The notes below the pieces were generated by a model. That model did not search any database. It was not told the DNA's origin and saw only the letters and a program-made list of their open reading frames with translations. DNA of 64,000 nucleotides from a virus, in IMG/VR virus record IMGVR_UViG_3300035670_000067, positions 46,385 to 110,384 of that record; one strand, written 5' to 3'. Of the stretch, positions 39,529 to 48,908 are shown in pieces. How positions within the stretch are numbered: position 1 is the first letter of the stretch; every line of letters begins with the position of its first letter. A program made the position numbers and the translations under genes.

Positions 39529-40239
39529 TTACTTGGACTTACCCTTCCGACTTTCCTTTGATTTGCCGGTAATCGTACCGATTACGATCTTCTTGTTCAC
39601 AATAATTGCACTCCTACAGATATGAGCAAATCCTCCAATGACAGATTTGCCACAAACCTTAGAATCACCACTGACTATGGCGTCATGTTCGATTATCGCA
39701 TTTTCAAGCACACGCGCTCTTCCAGAAATAATGGCACGGTCTCGAATTGTTACATCGCCATAGACATTAGTACATCCATTAACATAAGCGTATCCGCAAA
39801 CATTTGCTCTGTCACCAACGAAAGCTGTATCGTAGATTTTGGCGCGTCCGTACACTCTTGCATCACCGCCGACACTTCCCTGTCCATAGATCATAGCATA
39901 TTCGAAAACACAAGCATTACCAAACACCTGAGCGTCACCAAACACCTGAGCGTCACCGTACACCTGAGCGTCACCGTACACCTGAGCGTCGCCGTAGGCC
40001 AGAGCGTTACCGGAGACCCAAACATCGCCGGAGACCCGAGCGTCATCGAAGACCCAAGCGTTCCCGGAGACCTGAGCGTTCCCGTAGACCCAAGCGTTTC
40101 CGTCTTTGCTAAGGTTTTGTTCCGATTCGATCCACCCACCGAGATCGCCAACTTTGACATCACCGAAACTCTTCACCGCACAGATGCGATGAAACTTTGG
40201 ATTATCCGGGTGGGTTTCGGCAATGATTTCGTACTTCAT
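39529..40239 (-). CDS. hexapeptide-repeat protein, copy 6 (longest)
   Basis: MKYEIIAETHPDNPK...GDLGGWIESEQNLS head plus repeats. Confidence 0.85.
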   Translation of the reverse strand: MKYEIIAETHPDNPKFHRICAVKSFGDVKVGDLGGWIESEQNLSKDGNAWVYGNAQVSGNAWVFDDARVSGDVWVSGNALAYGDAQVYGDAQVYGDAQVFGDAQVFGNACVFEYAMIYGQGSVGGDARVYGRAKIYDTAFVGDRANVCGYAYVNGCTNVYGDVTIRDRAIISGRARVLENAIIEHDAIVSGDSKVCGKSVIGGFAHICRSAIIVNKKIVIGTITGKSKESRKGKSK

Positions 40240-40272
40240 ACTTGCTGCCTTTCATAGTTGGTACCTACCATT

Positions 40273-40300
40273 ATTGTACCCTTCTTATAGCATCATGCAA
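40273..40300 (-). promoter_or_regulatory. promoter TTGCAT-N16-TACAAT
   Basis: 16-bp-spacer family. Confidence 0.7.
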
Positions 40301-40484
40301 ACGCCCAGATAAAATAAGCACCAATCTCATTCTAGTTACAAATCAGTAAAAAGAGGCTCGAACTTCCTCATTAACACCTTATTTCCACTATCATAGTCTT
40401 GGGCATCACCGTAGCAATGTCTTAGTGAAAATGTAGAACTCTCGGCGCAACAAGGATACGTCCAGTCACCTGACGCTGAACCTC

Positions 40485-40572
40485 TGGCGGAGAGAGTGGG
40501 ATTTGAACCCACGGTACATCGCTGTACTCCAGTTTTCAAGACTGGCGCTTTCAACCGCTCAGCCATCTCTCC
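40485..40572 (-). tRNA. tRNA-Ser(UGA)
   Basis: ccagt-ct-TGA-aa-actgg; long variable arm; GCCA. Confidence 0.93.
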
Positions 40573-40580
40573 GTAATCCT

Positions 40581-40781
40581 TTACTTATCGTTCCACTTGA
40601 ATGTTGGCTGATTCATTGTTTCGTTTTCATACACGACATAACTTGCGTATCCTCTCAACACAGCTTCTCTTCTCGTCTTTTGTAACAAACTATCGAATCT
40701 AAACATCAAAACCACTATAAACGAAAACGCCACAGCTATCGGAACAAGCATGAACCACAATAGAGAATTTTCGCTTTTCAT
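40581..40781 (-). CDS. small membrane protein
   Basis: N-terminal TM segment; AAGGAG RBS. Confidence 0.6.
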   Translation of the reverse strand: MKSENSLLWFMLVPIAVAFSFIVVLMFRFDSLLQKTRREAVLRGYASYVVYENETMNQPTFKWNDK

Positions 40782-40799
40782 TTTTTGCTCCTTTGTGAG

Positions 40800-40876
40800 T
40801 GGCGTCCCCAGCAGGACTTGAACCTGCGACCCGCAGATTAGAAATCTGCTGCTCTATCCAGCTGAGCTATGGGGAC
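40800..40876 (-). tRNA. tRNA-Arg(UCU)
   Basis: gcaga-tt-TCT-aa-tctgc; GCCA. Confidence 0.93.
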
Positions 40877-40924
40877 GCTATTGAATACCAGTGAATTCTA
40901 CATATAACATTACGGTCGTGCCAT

Positions 40925-41155
40925 CTACTCCCTTATCTCATGCCAAATGAAATTCCCACAAGTAAGGCGTGGAGCATTACAGGTCACTTTCTCCTCGACA
41001 AAGAATGCACACCCACGACAGTCTCCCATGATATCTCTTTTCATACGATCTTCTACTGCTCGATATTTCTTTCCATCTAAGACGATAATTTCACCCAGAG
41101 AACGTTGGACTTTGCTCTCTGCCAACTGACGTGGACCTAAATCATCCCAAGACAT
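40925..41155 (-). CDS. hypothetical protein
   Basis: AAGGAG RBS; CRGCAF. Confidence 0.6.
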   Translation of the reverse strand: MSWDDLGPRQLAESKVQRSLGEIIVLDGKKYRAVEDRMKRDIMGDCRGCAFFVEEKVTCNAPRLTCGNFIWHEIRE

Positions 41156-41220
41156 AGATACTTACTCCTTATTCCAACTTAGTGGAGGTCATACATTCTC
41201 TACTACGAAGTTTTACTTCA

Positions 41221-41562
41221 TTACAACCCCCATTCTAGAAGAGCGTGTTCGACACTATTCTGCCGGCGCACACCACGATGCTCCCATACGCTACTCTTAC
41301 GGAATTTGATTTTGCTGTGAGGTCTTGTGAAGCCAACCCCATTCGCCTTACAGCGGATATGCTTAATCCGTGGCAGGTTTGCTGGCTTCAGTTCATGAGC
41401 ACAAGTTTCACACTGTTCGAAGATATTCGAGTTCGTTTTGAATATCTTGCCCTCCACCTTCACCTGATGAACCAGAAGTTGTTCGACAAACCCGCGATGC
41501 AGCTCAACCAGTGAACCGTTTGGCATTTCAGCCCAAACTCTTACGTACTGGCCTAGACGCAT
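41221..41562 (-). CDS. early protein, paralog of 21929..22249
   Basis: Shared C-terminal motif; own promoter. Confidence 0.8.
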   Translation of the reverse strand: MRLGQYVRVWAEMPNGSLVELHRGFVEQLLVHQVKVEGKIFKTNSNIFEQCETCAHELKPANLPRIKHIRCKANGVGFTRPHSKIKFRKSSVWEHRGVRRQNSVEHALLEWGL

Positions 41563-41590
41563 ATTATTCTCCTTTTGTGTTGGCGTGTTT

Positions 41591-41618
41591 ATTATAGCAC
41601 GCTACACACTTCTTACAA
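41591..41618 (-). promoter_or_regulatory. promoter TTGTAA-N16-TATAAT
   Basis: Extended TGn -10. Confidence 0.8.
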
Positions 41619-41649
41619 AACGTACGAATGCTTTTGTTTTTCTGTTTTA

Positions 41650-41994
41650 TCAATATCCAGACATCGCCGCAAACTGGTCGTAGACCGAAGCCTTAATCCT
41701 TTTCCAATTGGGTATGAACACACTTCCATCACATTCACATGGTCTAGCTTTCAATTGATCAAATGAGCACTCCCATATAGAAGAATATGAAGTGTACCCA
41801 TCGCAATCGCGTCCTTCGGTCAACATCATATTCAGAAGTCTCTCACCACCCGCATCATAAAAGAATTCATGTCCCTCTCCGTGAAACCCCTCTTCGGTCG
41901 GCGCTCTGTGGTAATGAACTATTCTTTCATCTGGCTTCAACGTTAGCTTTACCAGCCCACCATTCAGCCACGTCCAGAATCGTATGTTCTTCAT
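41650..41994 (-). CDS. hypothetical phage protein
   Basis: TEEG...GRDCDG...YDQFA.M.GY motifs. Confidence 0.65.
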   Translation of the reverse strand: MKNIRFWTWLNGGLVKLTLKPDERIVHYHRAPTEEGFHGEGHEFFYDAGGERLLNMMLTEGRDCDGYTSYSSIWECSFDQLKARPCECDGSVFIPNWKRIKASVYDQFAAMSGY

Positions 41995-42213
41995 ATTTAC
42001 TCCAAGTGGAAAGTAAAATCTCCCACGCTGGTCTGGCTCCAGCTATCCTGTTGGCAGCAGGACGCAACCACTGGGAGACTGGGAAGTCCCGCACACTTGG
42101 CGGGAAAGCTACTTGCGCCGCCATTATAATATGGCTTTAGAACACGTTTACAATGGCATAGAACACGTTTATTTAGTCTGGTAGGGTACTGGCACGTTAG
42201 ACCAGTTGGAACA

Positions 42214-42777
42214 TTATGCCGGGGTCTTGTAACCTTCCTTATCATAGTCCATAAGGATGTTGATCCCGAACGCTAATTGTTTGACTTTTCTCACAGGATC
42301 TCTATTATCTTGGAAGCAGAATAATTTGTGCCCCAGCAGGATTCTAATGCACTGACTCGTATTCCAATATTGTCTAACGAAATAGAACATGAAACAGTTA
42401 TCGCACAGTATTAGAACCGAACCACTATGTCCTTCTGGTTTATTAGCAGTTTTCGTATCTCCCATAATATACACGAGATTTCCAGGAAGTACACCAAGAA
42501 CCTCATATCCATAAGTGTTGATCGGGTTGCGCCACAGCCATTGTATCTTACGCCATTTTCTGTTGTAATCCGGAACATCTCTTTTCCAAGCATTGCCGCC
42601 AGTGAGATCATCATTCAATGTCTCAAACCATCTAAAGAATTTGGGCAATCTGTTATTCTTCTCAAACTGTACTAAGATCACAACAAGCGGAAAGCTAACA
42701 ATCAACAACGGAACACAAGATAAGTATTTCAAGAACCACACGACTATCAATTTCAGCAACAGCATTGAATTTTTCAC
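42214..42777 (-). CDS. phage membrane protein
   Basis: N-terminal TM; LP.FFRWFET...WLWRNP. Confidence 0.65.
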   Translation of the reverse strand: MKNSMLLLKLIVVWFLKYLSCVPLLIVSFPLVVILVQFEKNNRLPKFFRWFETLNDDLTGGNAWKRDVPDYNRKWRKIQWLWRNPINTYGYEVLGVLPGNLVYIMGDTKTANKPEGHSGSVLILCDNCFMFYFVRQYWNTSQCIRILLGHKLFCFQDNRDPVRKVKQLAFGINILMDYDKEGYKTPA

Positions 42778-42794
42778 GCTACTCTCCTTAATAG

Positions 42795-42822
42795 AAAACC
42801 CGGAGGGCTATTAGCCCTCCGG
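42795..42822 (-). terminator. intrinsic terminator
   Basis: cccggagggcta/tagccctccggg stem plus U tract. Confidence 0.8.
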
Positions 42823-42852
42823 GTCCGGATGGGATGGGTGGGAGGGACCGGG

Positions 42853-43536
42853 TTAGGACTGTGAACTGGACGAAGACGAACTGAAGCTCTGTGAAGAATA
42901 AGTGCTGGACGAACTTGAAGAAACAGAGAGGCTTGAGCTCGATGAACTTGAGCTCGATGAACTTGAGCTTGATGAACTGTGTTCAGAACTGGAACTTGAC
43001 GAACTGTCACCAGAAGTCGAAGAACTGGATGAACTGGACTGACTGGAGGCAGACTGGCTAGAAACCGAGGTTGAGCTCGAGCTTGAATAGCCACTAGGTT
43101 CGCGCGACGTCGAGCTCGAAGACGAACTTGACGAACTTGACGAACTTGACGACACTGATGCGGCGGTTGACGAACTTGACGATTCCGAAGTAACATCTGT
43201 GCCAAGCGAACTGATAGCGAGACGGCGAGGGCCACCCCATCTGCCAGCTTCCGACATCAGATAGACTTCAGCATACGAGGCCTGATCGACAGCAAAGGCT
43301 ATGACGCCATTGTTGTCAATAGTCAGACCAGCGGTTTTCGCCGTCTGTGAAACGCCAGCGATAGCATTGCCAGTGGTCCGATCAACGCTCTTCAGATAAG
43401 TTGCTGACAGCAACCCAGAAGATCCGTGAAGTAACGCATTGGCGTAAGTATCGTAGACGTTAACGATCTTACCAACTGAACCGGCACCATCAGCTTCAGA
43501 ATGCCCGCAGTTGAGGTATATCAGTTTGAATGCCAT
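42853..43536 (-). CDS. poly-serine-tailed protein (possible virion decoration glycoprotein)
   Basis: N-domain paralogous to 43560..43880; ~110-aa Ser-rich tail; GAGGAGG RBS. Confidence 0.75.
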   Translation of the reverse strand: MAFKLIYLNCGHSEADGAGSVGKIVNVYDTYANALLHGSSGLLSATYLKSVDRTTGNAIAGVSQTAKTAGLTIDNNGVIAFAVDQASYAEVYLMSEAGRWGGPRRLAISSLGTDVTSESSSSSTAASVSSSSSSSSSSSSSSTSREPSGYSSSSSTSVSSQSASSQSSSSSSSTSGDSSSSSSSEHSSSSSSSSSSSSSSSSLSVSSSSSSTYSSQSFSSSSSSSQS

Positions 43537-43559
43537 GAGGCATCCTCCTCACGTTCGAG

Positions 43560-43880
43560 TTACTGGACCACAACGCGGATCGGACCACTCTGGCGACCAG
43601 CGACTGAGATCAGGAACACTTCGGTATATTCAGCATCGTCAACATAGAAGCGGATCAAGCCGTTATTGTCAATGGTGACACCAGTGGTTTTCGCAACCTG
43701 AGTGATAGCCGCACCCTGAGCGCCAGTGAGGACTGTGGCGGCGTAGATGGTGCAGAGACCATCTTCGCCATGCGTAAGAGCATTAGCATAAGTATTATAG
43801 ACGTTCACAATTTTGCCGACCACTGAAGCGCCATCGGCTTCAAGATAATCACACTTCATATTTATCAGTTTGACAGCCAT
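43560..43880 (-). CDS. tail-less paralog of the poly-Ser protein
   Basis: Shared KLI...C...EADGA..VGKIVNVY.TYANAL.HG and TIDNNG. Confidence 0.75.
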   Translation of the reverse strand: MAVKLINMKCDYLEADGASVVGKIVNVYNTYANALTHGEDGLCTIYAATVLTGAQGAAITQVAKTTGVTIDNNGLIRFYVDDAEYTEVFLISVAGRQSGPIRVVVQ

Positions 43881-43941
43881 TTGAATCTCCTGTACTTTTC
43901 AGTTAGTTGAACGACTTGCCTTATGGCAACTAACGAATAAA

Positions 43942-44319
43942 TCAATCCTTATCCAAAGACCATCGTATATCTACAACAGATTTTACACCATATTTCTTTG
44001 TCAGAGTATTCCGTCTTTTCAATGACACGGCACTATTTTTAGAAGCACACTTGCGCGAACAAAAGGCACCATATCCCTTATTGAATCCTCGAAATCTTTT
44101 TACTAACCCAGAACACTCTACACATTGCGGATATTCAGTTATGTCGTGAATATACCTATATGCACGTTCACAAAATGGAAATTTGTCATTCTTGTTATAT
44201 TCCATAATTGCACTATACAAATCTGGATGTTTGAATCTAATGACGTTATAAACATGTTGAGTTCCAAACCGAGCTATCAATTCTTGTAATAGGAGATCAA
44301 TGATGGATTTATCAATCAT
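43942..44319 (-). CDS. zinc-finger protein resembling N-termini of phage endonucleases
   Basis: CVEC...GY..FCSRKC...T..KKYGV. Confidence 0.55.
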   Translation of the reverse strand: MIDKSIIDLLLQELIARFGTQHVYNVIRFKHPDLYSAIMEYNKNDKFPFCERAYRYIHDITEYPQCVECSGLVKRFRGFNKGYGAFCSRKCASKNSAVSLKRRNTLTKKYGVKSVVDIRWSLDKD

Positions 44320-44881
44320 ATATCGCCCTTTTGTTTCAACGGAAAGATCGGTGAATTGCTTGTCAGAATTCGATTTGGCTAACACGATTCAATTCTTAGG
44401 CCAATCGTTACGCGCCATATTAGAAAACAACGAAGACTTCATAAACAATCATGAATCATTGGCTTACTATGTGAATAATGGCCCAGATGTGAAATTCTTA
44501 TACAGATATTACAGATTTGCTAGAAATCGTTGGCTTTCTCTTGGTGGTGAAAAGATAGATTGGCTTTCTGCGGAAGAGCGCGAATGTATTTGTCAACATC
44601 ATGGTGGAGAAGTTTCTTGGACTCCAGAAATGGCAAACGTTCACAAATTTGCATTATTAGAACGTGATCACTTTTGGTATCAGAGATTCTTTGTAGAAGA
44701 ACCGTTTGCTTGGCGCTATCGTAGGCTTAGAGACACTAGGTTGTTCATTAATGGTAATCCAACAACTCTTTCCACAGAGGAACTAGAAGAAAAGACCTAT
44801 GAAATCTCTAGATCAGATATTGAAACTTATACGAAAAGGCTCAAAGCAGAAGAAAAGCAGCGTAAGAAAAAAGAAGATTGA
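44300..44881 (+). CDS. divergent pyrimidine-dimer glycosylase (DenV)-like protein
   Basis: Spacing pattern P....RS...L....L...Q.LRA, NH and H...LL..D...Y..FF; catalytic K-Q-R-V-E-like motif absent. Confidence 0.4.
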   Translation: MMDLSIIYRPFVSTERSVNCLSEFDLANTIQFLGQSLRAILENNEDFINNHESLAYYVNNGPDVKFLYRYYRFARNRWLSLGGEKIDWLSAEERECICQHHGGEVSWTPEMANVHKFALLERDHFWYQRFFVEEPFAWRYRRLRDTRLFINGNPTTLSTEELEEKTYEISRSDIETYTKRLKAEEKQRKKKED

Positions 44882-45242
44882 AAAGAATAAAGTAAACTAT
44901 CCGTGGATAAAGCGTGAATATAGTTGTCGTGCTAAGGCGTATATGGCGTTCTTAGTAGACACGCACAATATCAGCGGAACATCTAGATCTACTAAGAAAG
45001 CGTTCAGGAAATTCGTATACCCAAGATTAATTGAAAACTTTCCTGATTTGTTCCGTTTAGTTTCGGAATACTACAGATCCAGAAATCGCTCTATCACTGA
45101 AGAACATTTTATCGAAATAGCGTATGCTAGGATGGTGAACATGTACAACGCCAACCTTACCGTCAAGCGTAAGGAACATCCTCTCAATTCTGGCAACAAA
45201 TGTCTTAGATTAGCTTATCTTGGGCTCAAGAAAGATCTTTAG
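44799..45242 (+). CDS. basic hypothetical protein
   Basis: 147-aa ORF filling the gap between converging genes. Confidence 0.5.
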   Translation: MKSLDQILKLIRKGSKQKKSSVRKKKIEKNKVNYPWIKREYSCRAKAYMAFLVDTHNISGTSRSTKKAFRKFVYPRLIENFPDLFRLVSEYYRSRNRSITEEHFIEIAYARMVNMYNANLTVKRKEHPLNSGNKCLRLAYLGLKKDL

Positions 45243-46238
45243 ATCTAACTCATTTATCTTATTTACGATATTGAGCTGTTCGTCCAAAACGAGAAGAGTT
45301 ATATGTCTATCGGCGAACTCCACGCCTGGGATATATTCTGTGAACACTATTACATAGCGTCCATTTTGAGTTTTTGTAACATACGGATAAGAGCCGCAGA
45401 CTTCTGATAATTGATATATTTTGTCGTTCTTCTTCCTCGCTTCTTCACCAACGGCTCTTATAGATAACTGCTTTCGTGATATACAAGCGTTATACACAAT
45501 CCACGGATCTTCACCAACATTGAACAGACAAACACTTTCTGAATAATTCTTTATGAAATCAAACGGTTTATCGTTTGAACGAACTATTTCGTTTTTCCCA
45601 ATATAACTGATTTCAGTATCTGGCACATCCCAGACTATACTGTTCCACATCGGTCTTAGTGTGAATAAAAGTCCTTGCTTGTGCTGGATTATGGTTGGCT
45701 GTATTGTTTTCACCTTACTGGATCTAAGGATCAACTTCCTGGAAACTTCATAATGATCTTGATTCATCCAATTTGAGTTCGCTTCTAAAATAAATCCACA
45801 CCCAAACCATTCGTCATAAGCTGGAATATACGTAGTTTCTCCAATATGTATCGGCGGATTGCGAACACCCAAATAATTCAGACGATAATTTTCTATTGCC
45901 CCATCCGTATAAGTATCGTTTTCACCTTCACCAAGATCATAGAATAACAGATCTGTATACCGCCATTTGTATCTTGGTGCATACGCCACCGCTTCATCTC
46001 TGAATATGTTACAGGCCAAAATCAAATGATTATTGTGAACAAATAAAATTGGATTCCCAGTACCGTAATTGAAGTGCCACAGGATTTCCATATTCTCCAT
46101 GCTTGGCCATTCAATACGTCCAACAACAACGTGCTGATCTTCTGCGCCTTCGGATGAACCGATATAAAACGCTACATACAGATATTCACCAAATTCGCAA
46201 ACACTTGCGCTATGAGCACCCATCTCGATTTCGTTCAT
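45210..46238 (-). CDS. sialidase-like beta-propeller (BNR_2-type)
   Basis: AHSASV, GNPILF, RNPPI, IQPTI and SYPY motifs. Confidence 0.6.
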   Translation of the reverse strand: MNEIEMGAHSASVCEFGEYLYVAFYIGSSEGAEDQHVVVGRIEWPSMENMEILWHFNYGTGNPILFVHNNHLILACNIFRDEAVAYAPRYKWRYTDLLFYDLGEGENDTYTDGAIENYRLNYLGVRNPPIHIGETTYIPAYDEWFGCGFILEANSNWMNQDHYEVSRKLILRSSKVKTIQPTIIQHKQGLLFTLRPMWNSIVWDVPDTEISYIGKNEIVRSNDKPFDFIKNYSESVCLFNVGEDPWIVYNACISRKQLSIRAVGEEARKKNDKIYQLSEVCGSYPYVTKTQNGRYVIVFTEYIPGVEFADRHITLLVLDEQLNIVNKINELDLKIFLEPKIS

Positions 46239-47080
46239 TGTAGAAAAGACTCCGTTGCAGTTTTCATAAAATCACAATATTGATTGAGCCACCATGAGAT
46301 ATCCGTGACGTTTATTGGAATCTGCTTATAGAATAGATTGATGATTAGGTCGTCAAGCTGATTACTCCAACGTTTGAAGAGACCATTGCTTAGGGCTAAC
46401 GTAGGCTTGCCACACAAATACGCTTCATAAAGTAACGTAGAATTTAAACCTATCACTTCATCACAAAATGAAATGGCTTCTCTAGACGTAATTGAATCTG
46501 CAACACGTATGCGAGGATGAGATCTAACGTTATAACTAAGACATCTTGGGTGAGGTTTTACAAGTAGAAAGCTGCCTGGTCTAATTTCCAAAACATGTTC
46601 AACAAAAACGTTCATATCTTTTATTTCGGAATCCCTCATTATCTGAACATCATCTTCTAGCTGTAATGGAACCAGAACATGATTGCTCTTTGTGTTAGAG
46701 ATTCCTTTTCTATATTTATTCTTCAGTTGAGCCAATTCTTCATATTGTAATTGATTTGGGACAATGTCAAGCTTTTCCATTAAAGAAGACTTAGCACAAA
46801 TGCCACTTCTATCTATATGATAATGTTTATCCTGTGGAAGCCAGCCAACTTCAAGAATAGCATGTGGAATCCTAGCTTCCACAATTCTATTCAGCATTCG
46901 CTCTGTTTGATAACTTGCCCCGTTCCATATAAAGGCAAACTGATATTTCTTAACATCTACACCATCTGGATTCACATCAACATTCCAATCAACCGTACCT
47001 CTCATTTGCATATATTCAAGAAATCTTGGCAACCAGACCGCTCCGTGCCTTTTGCATGGAGTGTAGACTAATATCTTCAT
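46235..47080 (-). CDS. KpsS/KpsC-like capsule biosynthesis glycosyltransferase
   Basis: LEVGWLP, LVPLQLEDD.QI, VKPHP, NST..YEA.L.GKP. Confidence 0.75.
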   Translation of the reverse strand: MKILVYTPCKRHGAVWLPRFLEYMQMRGTVDWNVDVNPDGVDVKKYQFAFIWNGASYQTERMLNRIVEARIPHAILEVGWLPQDKHYHIDRSGICAKSSLMEKLDIVPNQLQYEELAQLKNKYRKGISNTKSNHVLVPLQLEDDVQIMRDSEIKDMNVFVEHVLEIRPGSFLLVKPHPRCLSYNVRSHPRIRVADSITSREAISFCDEVIGLNSTLLYEAYLCGKPTLALSNGLFKRWSNQLDDLIINLFYKQIPINVTDISWWLNQYCDFMKTATESFLQ

Positions 47081-47607
47081 TGTTCTCTCAACGCTATAAA
47101 TGAAGTGTCTTGATCATCATGCGTACATGATTGGATGTCCATAAAGATTCCTCTGTCCGCCAAGTGTTGAACCAACGCATGGAAAGCATCCGGCAATATC
47201 CGCCAACAGTCTATCGGATATCTGTGTATTCCTCTTTTATGGGGAACAGTGATAAACAGAATGCCACCGACATCAACAGTTCTGCACAAGGATTCAAACA
47301 ATATCCATGGATATCTGCAATGCTCCAATGTTTGATGACACATGACAACATCGGCACAATCTATTCCGATATCATGCTTGTCCCATATGGCGTCTATGAA
47401 ACGCTTATCCAAGACGATATCAACACCCTTGCCAGCTTGGATATCTACACCGATATATTTGAATTTTTCAACTGGAAAAAGATCTCGCAAGTTGCCATTA
47501 ACATCCAAACTTCCAACTTCAACCACAGTTGACTTAACGTCAGAATTCCAATATTCTAGATATTTGCGAACAAAATCTTTAGTCCAATTTCTTATAGCGT
47601 CATGCAT
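47077..47607 (-). CDS. class I SAM methyltransferase
   Basis: EVGSLDVNG, YIGVDI..GKGVD, LEH, HRYPIDCWR. Confidence 0.85.
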   Translation of the reverse strand: MHDAIRNWTKDFVRKYLEYWNSDVKSTVVEVGSLDVNGNLRDLFPVEKFKYIGVDIQAGKGVDIVLDKRFIDAIWDKHDIGIDCADVVMCHQTLEHCRYPWILFESLCRTVDVGGILFITVPHKRGIHRYPIDCWRILPDAFHALVQHLADRGIFMDIQSCTHDDQDTSFIALREQ

Positions 47608-47609
47608 GG

Positions 47610-47903
47610 CTACTCCACAGGTTCTAGAAAGATGTCACCATCTTTCATGGTGAAATCATATTGCGGCAAATCTTCGATATCATCAGTCCCAGTTAGAACA
47701 AAACATTCAGAAACTCCAATCATATTGAATTTATTATTAGATGTTTCCAATAATCCTATTGGATGGAATACTTGATATAGCGCGGAAGCTATATACCAAT
47801 TCTTACGATCTAACAAAATATCTGCCGGTATCCAAACCTTCCCTGCCGGCACCGCCATTCCGTCATCGTCCGGAATAATATTTTCAAATGGGAAATCAAT
47901 CAT
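47610..47903 (-). CDS. hypothetical protein
   Basis: Coupled ORF. Confidence 0.55.
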   Translation of the reverse strand: MIDFPFENIIPDDDGMAVPAGKVWIPADILLDRKNWYIASALYQVFHPIGLLETSNNKFNMIGVSECFVLTGTDDIEDLPQYDFTMKDGDIFLEPVE

Positions 47904-48514
47904 ATATCCAACCTATTCGGCATCTTACCCCAGATTTGAAGATATCTTTTTCTATCATTTTCCCATATCCACTTTTTATCTCTATTTGATTTTGAATAAC
48001 CGTAATGATAAACTTGACTACGATTGTGTTGTAAGATCTTTTTATTCAATCCCATCACGCGCATCAACAAATCCCAATCAGCATATGCCACCTTGAAGGA
48101 TTCATCAAATTTGCCAATATCTTCGAACAAACTTTTCCTAATAAAAAACATATTGCATGGCATAAGTTTCTTTTCAGTAAATTCTTCGTTACCTTCAACA
48201 GGAGTACTTTGATTCGTCGAAACAGGAAACACCAACCCAACATCTTCTTCAAACGTTTTCTCAGCCATTCTATTCATATCGACATGAACATCTATATCAA
48301 AATCCATGAAACACAATATCTCGCGTTGCGCTTGATTTGCTAATCTATTCCTAACGATTGGCAGATTTACTTTAGATATCGTATTATCAAATGTAATCCA
48401 TTCACCACCAGAATCTATAACGTAAGAATGTAATTGAAAATGTAAGGTCTTATAGCGCTCTCTTTCTGCGGCTATATTATAGTATTGAACAATGATAAAA
48501 CTAATTGGCACCAT
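47900..48514 (-). CDS. glycosyltransferase family 2
   Basis: RN..A.QA..E.LCFMDFD, FDESF...ADWDL..R, YH. Confidence 0.75.
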   Translation of the reverse strand: MVPISFIIVQYYNIAAERERYKTLHFQLHSYVIDSGGEWITFDNTISKVNLPIVRNRLANQAQREILCFMDFDIDVHVDMNRMAEKTFEEDVGLVFPVSTNQSTPVEGNEEFTEKKLMPCNMFFIRKSLFEDIGKFDESFKVAYADWDLLMRVMGLNKKILQHNRSQVYHYGYSKSNRDKKWIWENDRKRYLQIWGKMPNRLDI

Positions 48515-48524
48515 TTTTCTTCTC

Positions 48525-48908
48525 CTACTTAAATCTTAGAAAGTGATAATCGTCCCAGTTAAATTCTTCGTCAAACGAAGTGAATAAGCTTCTATCATCT
48601 ATATAAATGTCTGCGAATATTTTACGCGGATACCATTCGTATTTGAGATGTCCATCTCTACAATTTTCATTTATTGAATCAAATGTCAGTCCTTGTGTCT
48701 TACAGAATTCCACTGCCGAATCTAACAATTTTCTATCGGAAGTGTTTTCTCTGCATGTCCACAATACAATCTTATCACCAACACTACGTCTTGCAATAAG
48801 CCAATCAAATAGCTTCTTGTTTGGAATATATGTAGATATATCGTCGCTCAATTTTCCATATGGAACTTCCTTGATAAGTGTTCCATCAAAATCTACTGCG
48901 ATTATCAT
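48525..48908 (-). CDS. HAD-superfamily phosphatase-like protein
   Basis: IIAVDFDGT, LWTCR, RK.FADIYIDDR. Confidence 0.8.
   Translation of the reverse strand: MIIAVDFDGTLIKEVPYGKLSDDISTYIPNKKLFDWLIARRSVGDKIVLWTCRENTSDRKLLDSAVEFCKTQGLTFDSINENCRDGHLKYEWYPRKIFADIYIDDRSLFTSFDEEFNWDDYHFLRFK

Noticed and set aside
40345-40484. HDV-like (theta) ribozyme after tRNA-Ser
   Set aside because: Could not build the nested P1/P2/P3 pseudoknot by eye
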